Shown: piece by piece, positions 29,936 through 34,722 of the stretch | Layout: every line of letters begins with the position of its first letter | Position numbering within the stretch: the stretch's first letter is position 1 | Assembly: GCA_000934665.2 (NCBI GenBank) | Contig: KZ539062.1 | Location: 1-34,722, forward strand | Reading direction: 5' to 3' | DNA from: Catajapyx aquilonaris | Taxonomy: Eukaryota | DNA length: 34,722 nt | The notes under the pieces: model-generated | Seen by the model: the letters and a program-made list of their open reading frames with translations, nothing else | Told to the model about the DNA's origin: nothing | The model's database searches: none | Translations under genes and position numbers: made by a program

Positions 29936-30451
29936 TAACTTGGCCAGGTGGCCAGGCGGCGCCACTCTCGAACAGACCTCGAATTTTTTCCGACTTTCGT
30001 CTCTTCCCCTGACATTACCGTTCGTCTCAGAGATAAACGGATGGTATCACCGGANGGGGGGGGAGAACACGTAAATGCGGGAGTCCCCCGCCCAATGCGG
30101 GAGGGTTGGCAGCTCTGCCGGTAATAATATTATAGATGGCGAGTTGAAGTGATCGGAAAACGGCGCGGCGTTCCCTAACACGGCGGCAGGAATCGCGAGA
30201 AAATCGGACACATGAGCACGTATGTCCACAATTTGAACGCAATCATGTCAATTATGCTACCATTGTCAAGGCTAGTTCGTGTTTTTTGAGATTAACGACG
30301 TTTTTCGCGACAAAAGAATTAAATTTCCTGTGAAATGCGTGACCATATTTTTGCTACTCCTTCCGAGATGTGTGTTGGCAGGCACAGGCTATCAGGCTAA
30401 CCGTGTCCACATGGTTCCGCCTGCCGTCCTATGTTCACACATATCCGTCTC

Positions 30452-30711
30452 GAGGCATGGTGGTCTGGTGGTTACGCCACTGCACTGGCCAGGCCGGGAT
30501 TCAAATCCCGTCCCCGTCACCTCTTCTTGGCCGGGTATTTTTTCCGCTTTTCACCCGACATGCGGGGCAGAATTGCACTCCCTACTCTTCCCATGGCCAG
30601 GAGAAAAGGTCTGGTGTATTTCAGAAAGTCAGAAATGACTATAATTACAAGTGCCCTCCCTCGGAAACCTCCCCCTTCCCCCCTAAAAGGGGGTAATTAA
30701 ACGAACAAACA
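30452..30711 (+). mobile_element. tRNA-derived SINE (second family) with 13-bp TSD
   Basis: A box TGGTCTGGTGG, B box GATTCAAATCC, (ACAA)n-like tail; TSD ACATATCCGTCTC at 30439-30451 and 30712-30724. Confidence 0.88.
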
Positions 30712-30939
30712 ACATATCCGTCTCTTCCTAATCCAACTTCCCCATGAGTATGAGACATTTCAGAACAGGGTGTTCTAGAAAACACGGAACAATGTCAACA
30801 TGGCTTAATTAGATTGTGAATGGGCATTCTGCACGTGGGTCCAAGTTGGCCAGAAGTGTAAATGCACGTGGGTCTGCGAGAATGCGCACTGCGTGTTTTT
30901 GTTGGGGGCTGTCGGGGAGAAGCGGGTGGGTTGGCGGGG

Positions 30940-31480
30940 GGGAATCGATGAGAAAGGCAGTGGTTGTGAGGGCAGGGCGGACATAGATGGCGAACGACAG
31001 CCTGGCTGGCGGCCTCGCCAACAAACACACGCCTCACTGAACTCCTCATCAACCAACACTCCATACAGAAAGGTAAGCCAGTGCACAGTGTCCAACCCCC
31101 CATTTTACCACCTTGCCAACTACTCATCCGAAGTGTGGTGCAACACGTGGGGGGCTCACAGCGCCCCCTTCACAACAATGCAGCGCCATTATTGGAGGAG
31201 CAACATCCATTGATTGTCACACTAAATACACAACCCCCCCATGCTACATGGTGTCACATAATTCAGCACCGCCTCATGATTATAAATTGCGCGGGCTTTG
31301 ACGTGTGGGTTGCGGGACTGCCAGGATACGTCCGGTTAGCCACGGGCATCAGAATAGACGCGAGATAGATCTATTATTGGATGAAGGTGGTAGATGAAAA
31401 AGGTCACTCAGAGGCCAAGAAATTAACAGTGGTTGGGTAGTGGGGCGCGTGCCCCTTGGGCACCACCCTCATTCCTCGAT
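30940..31480 (+). pseudogene. Highly decayed Tc1/mariner (maT-like) transposase catalytic region
   Basis: Colinear motif remnants across frames: EVWCNTWGAHSAPF (VWCGI…IGPF), PLLEEQHPL (LLEDVPL), HNSAPPH (HDGAPPH), QWLGSGARAPWAPPS (RWIGRGGP..WPPRS). Confidence 0.4.
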
Positions 31481-32699
31481 CAATACTGCTACCATATCCC
31501 CCCCTCTTTAGCTCTACCCCCTAGAGCTATCCTTTACCCCACCCTGTATTACCCCCACCAACTCCCACGCTTGTGATGCCAAGATGAGAATTACAAATCC
31601 TGCTGATGCGTTCCTGATGAATTATGATGAACACTTTAGTGTTTGATGCCCCGCGGTACCTTTTACGGATGATGGTGGGGAAGTGTGTTACCATGTGTGC
31701 GGTGAGGGTATATACCGGCCATTTTGGATGCTCTACGGGCCTGGAAATGGGCGTGTAAAAACGTCGGTTTGAACATCAGTCGAGTTGCATCTATGCATTA
31801 TTTATGGAGACTTTCAGAGGGATCGTTTTGGGAAGAAGGAAAAAAAAAAATGGCGGAGGGCTCAGTTTCTTCCGGGGGTTTTTAAGTACCGGGTTCAAAG
31901 CTTGGTAGGATATTGGAAAGGTATGGGCCGGTTTAGCAATGAGGCCAGATTTTTGCGATGCATGTTGGCAGTGCGATCTGGAAACGGATGGCTGTTTTCG
32001 ATTTGTAGTGCTGTAGACGCTTTTGTTTTGGGTGCCGGACGATTCAGTGAGACTTCGATCGTTGGAGGGGAGACCAAAAAAAAAAAAAATATTGACCTCT
32101 CACTTTGCACTGCAACATCTACGTGACTTTTAGGGACACAGCTCTCTTAGTGGGTATCATCGGAAAGCCCATTTTATTCTCTCGGAAACGGTATATGAAG
32201 CTGGATGATTTATTAAATGTGTGGTATATTGCAATTAAGGCGGTTTTTTGCGATCGGAAACATTCGTGTATAGTATTTGATATTTTTTGAGTCCTATATA
32301 CAGATGAAGATTAATATCTGCTATCAGTGCCGTCTGGCCTTAGAATTATTGGCCATATCATACTTGTGGTTTACTTGGTATAGAGTGGTATTGATCGAAA
32401 GCATGATATATGAAAGCTATTTTTATATACAATTCAGTACAAACAAGGCTTATCATAATGGAAATTGTACAAGCTTTTATCTTGTGTTGCCGCTTTTCAT
32501 CTCCGGAAAACTTGTGTCCTTATTGACACATTCAGCGATATGACAGTCTATCATTAATCGGTACAGACTACGAGCTTTTGTACCTCCCCCGTGACCTAAG
32601 GATTATTATAATTTTGCAGGGAAATAATTCTTTCGGAACACGTTATAAGTTTATTGTATACATAACAGGAGGTCTGTATGGCATAGCAAAATATGTAGC

Positions 32700-32771
32700 A
32701 TTTTTGGCCTTTGTCTTGGGCCATGGCATACGGTGACTGTCGTTGGGCAGACTATAGCAAGAAACACCCTG
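32700..32771. mobile_element. Solo Tc1/mariner-type right TIR
   Basis: …TTGTCTTGGGCC…GAAACACCCTG|TA, organised like the right end of 3289-4750. Confidence 0.45.
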
Positions 32772-34157
32772 TATAATGAAGGCCCTAATATCGCATCATT
32801 ATTGTTGTGGTGCTTCGTCATATCTCATCAATAGCAAGTGCCTCTTCAAGTGGTTGTATAATTACTTCTCGAGTTGTCAATAGAATGATAATCAAGGCAG
32901 GATAATTTACTTGCGAGGTTTTTTGAACTACCGGTAGTTAATTTGCGCTTTAATGAAAATGGGATTATAATTAAGTTGGCTTTCAAGTCTATATCGAAAC
33001 AACTCTATATATGATGTGAAAGAACGTCGCCAACTTCACGGGCTGAAAACCTCCTCTGGATATGCTACCGAAAATGTGAAATCCGGGAAATGTATTTACG
33101 TTCACACACCTCCATTCAGCTACAATCTTGACAATAAAATCTCGGAACTAAAAGCCTCGCGCGGAATAGGACTTTGAAATGGGAACACTTGAAGGGCTTT
33201 AGGCGGAGTTGGATCTTCGAGAGGTTTCACTTCAAATGTTAAGAAACGCTGCAACCTGGTAACGATTTACGAAGTGAGAACACACCCTTTTTTGTGCAGA
33301 AAAACCTGCTAAATAAAAAGTGCACTTTGGGTATAGGCCATAAGAGAGCTTCACAGAGAGAATTCAGCCACTCCTATTCATGCTTTCAAATAGTGCTACA
33401 GCCAGTAATGGAATTCCCTTTAATAAGATGATAATGGGATACCATTCTACTTGGTGGCTGCTTTTGAAAGATGGAAAATGGCACGTAATTAGTTTCGGCG
33501 CCTGCTGTACAGTGCTGTGAGAGAAGGCTGGAGTGAAAATCTTTGTGAGCATATAGTTATGAACCAAGTGCAAATAATTGTGTGCAATCGTTTGTACAGT
33601 ATAGCAGTGCAGAGTGTATATTGCTACTTATGCAAAGAACTGCATGCTAGAGTACAGTATACCTGGAAGAGTGTATTTATAGTTCACAGATTACTGTACT
33701 GCCTTAATACCATGCAGGTTTATGACTCCATGGTCACAATTATGAGTTTTAAGAGCCATCGTTAATATCTTCCGCTGGTGGAGGCGGAGTCATTACATAA
33801 AATGGGCTCATATTGGACAGGTTACCTAACAACAGCAGCATCACGACTTACTCTGTACCCAAAATGGGTATAGTCAGCGATGTTCTTAGCCCAATTAACC
33901 ACATAAAAATGGCTATGAAGCATTAGAATTTTGTGAGTCCTCTTGTCTGTGAGGTAAATAATTTCCATTTAAATGTTCAGTATGAATTTTGAGGTTATTT
34001 TGAATCACGATAATTACCGTCATGAAACACCAGTAATACATGGTGTCAACAATGAACCTCCCTAGTTTCAACTTGCTACCATTACGCAAGTTACTGGACC
34101 ATGGTGTCGAAATTGCACACATGCGAAGGTACACACATCAAGTTTATGTAAAAAAAA

Positions 34158-34450
34158 TCAATAGCCTTCCACGTGTGCTCCTTTAGTTAGCAATCACTAT
34201 TTTAAGCCAATAATCTCCGTCCTCCGAGGTTCTCTCGGTCATGTCAGGGGTGATGGAGGACACATCATTATTTGGGCTGACCACTTTAGTTGCATACTCT
34301 CTGTATTGGAGTTGTGGAAAGGCTTAAGCTCAGCTAATGACCACACAACTTGTTTTTCCCTCTGTATAGATACTATGTTTGCATCTTTTGACAGCATCCC
34401 CTACATGAACACCACCGCATCACATAGACCATTCCAAAAATTCAGTATGA
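34158..34450 (-). pseudogene. Decayed Tc1/mariner (maT-like) transposase C-terminus
   Basis: Minus strand reads SSITPDMTERTSEDGDYWLKIVIA then, after a frameshift, TKGAHVEGY*; matches the I.PDML.R...YRL......G.HVE tail; internal stops present. Confidence 0.55.
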
Positions 34451-34722
34451 AACTTGTTGAGTCTCCAGACTTTAAGGTGGAAATGAAGCGACTTGCTAAT
34501 CAAATGAGAGTCTAGAATTGGAATGTTAATAAGAAGGGCTAAAATCAGGGAAACATACGCAACCGATGCAGCAGTAAATGCTGTTCAATCCTATGCATTC
34601 CATTCGAATCTGCGTTTTAAACTCAATTTAATATGGGCCCATTACCGGCGGCAAGTTTTTGTGCGCAGGCGCAATTGTCACGGCTGCCAACTTAAACATG
34701 GTATTTGGAGGTGTGCTTAATA

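Larger units (their letters stand above)
29164..33419. mobile_element. Probable Kolobok-like non-autonomous element with multiple nested insertions
   Basis: TTAA|AGGGACACTCCACT … AATGGAATTCCCT|TTAA (imperfect TIR); subterminal inverted match AGCAGTTTTTCTG (~29234) vs CAGAAAAACCTGCT (~33297). Confidence 0.5.

Noticed and set aside
30766..32771. Pairing CAGGGTGTT (30766) with the right TIR at 32771 as one mariner element
   Set aside because: The match stops after 9 bp and the left side lacks the TA.

Overview
This is eukaryotic, very probably arthropod, genomic DNA with spliceosomal introns, not a prokaryotic window. Three host genes can be read directly. (1) The last four coding exons (MH2 domain) of Medea/SMAD4 lie on + (1873-6187). 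(2) A single-coding-exon GPANK1 homolog (ankyrin + Zn finger + G-patch) lies on - (8778-9839), tail-to-tail with Medea. (3) A multi-exon prostaglandin reductase 1 (PTGR1/LTB4DH-like, MDR family) lies on + (core ATG 13171, stop 20755; 337 aa by manual splicing), head-to-head with GPANK1. PTGR1 has a GC-AG intron and an upstream in-frame exon encoding a mitochondrial-presequence-like peptide. Introns and the distal 14 kb are packed with non-autonomous DNA transposons (Tc1/mariner, pogo, hAT, PIF/Harbinger, piggyBac, Sola-like, Mutator-like, Kolobok-like, Transib-like). Many are near-complete foldback palindromes and several are nested. There are also tRNA-derived SINEs with clean TSDs, decayed Tc1/mariner transposase fragments and a 253-N assembly gap. 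Most ORFs in the track are spurious. I found no convincing new multi-gene system. The best leads are putative dual targeting of PTGR1, a shifted splice acceptor inserting residues in the Medea MH2 domain, a MITE built from two transposase 3' ends, and a tRNA-like Pol III unit inside a Mutator-like MITE.
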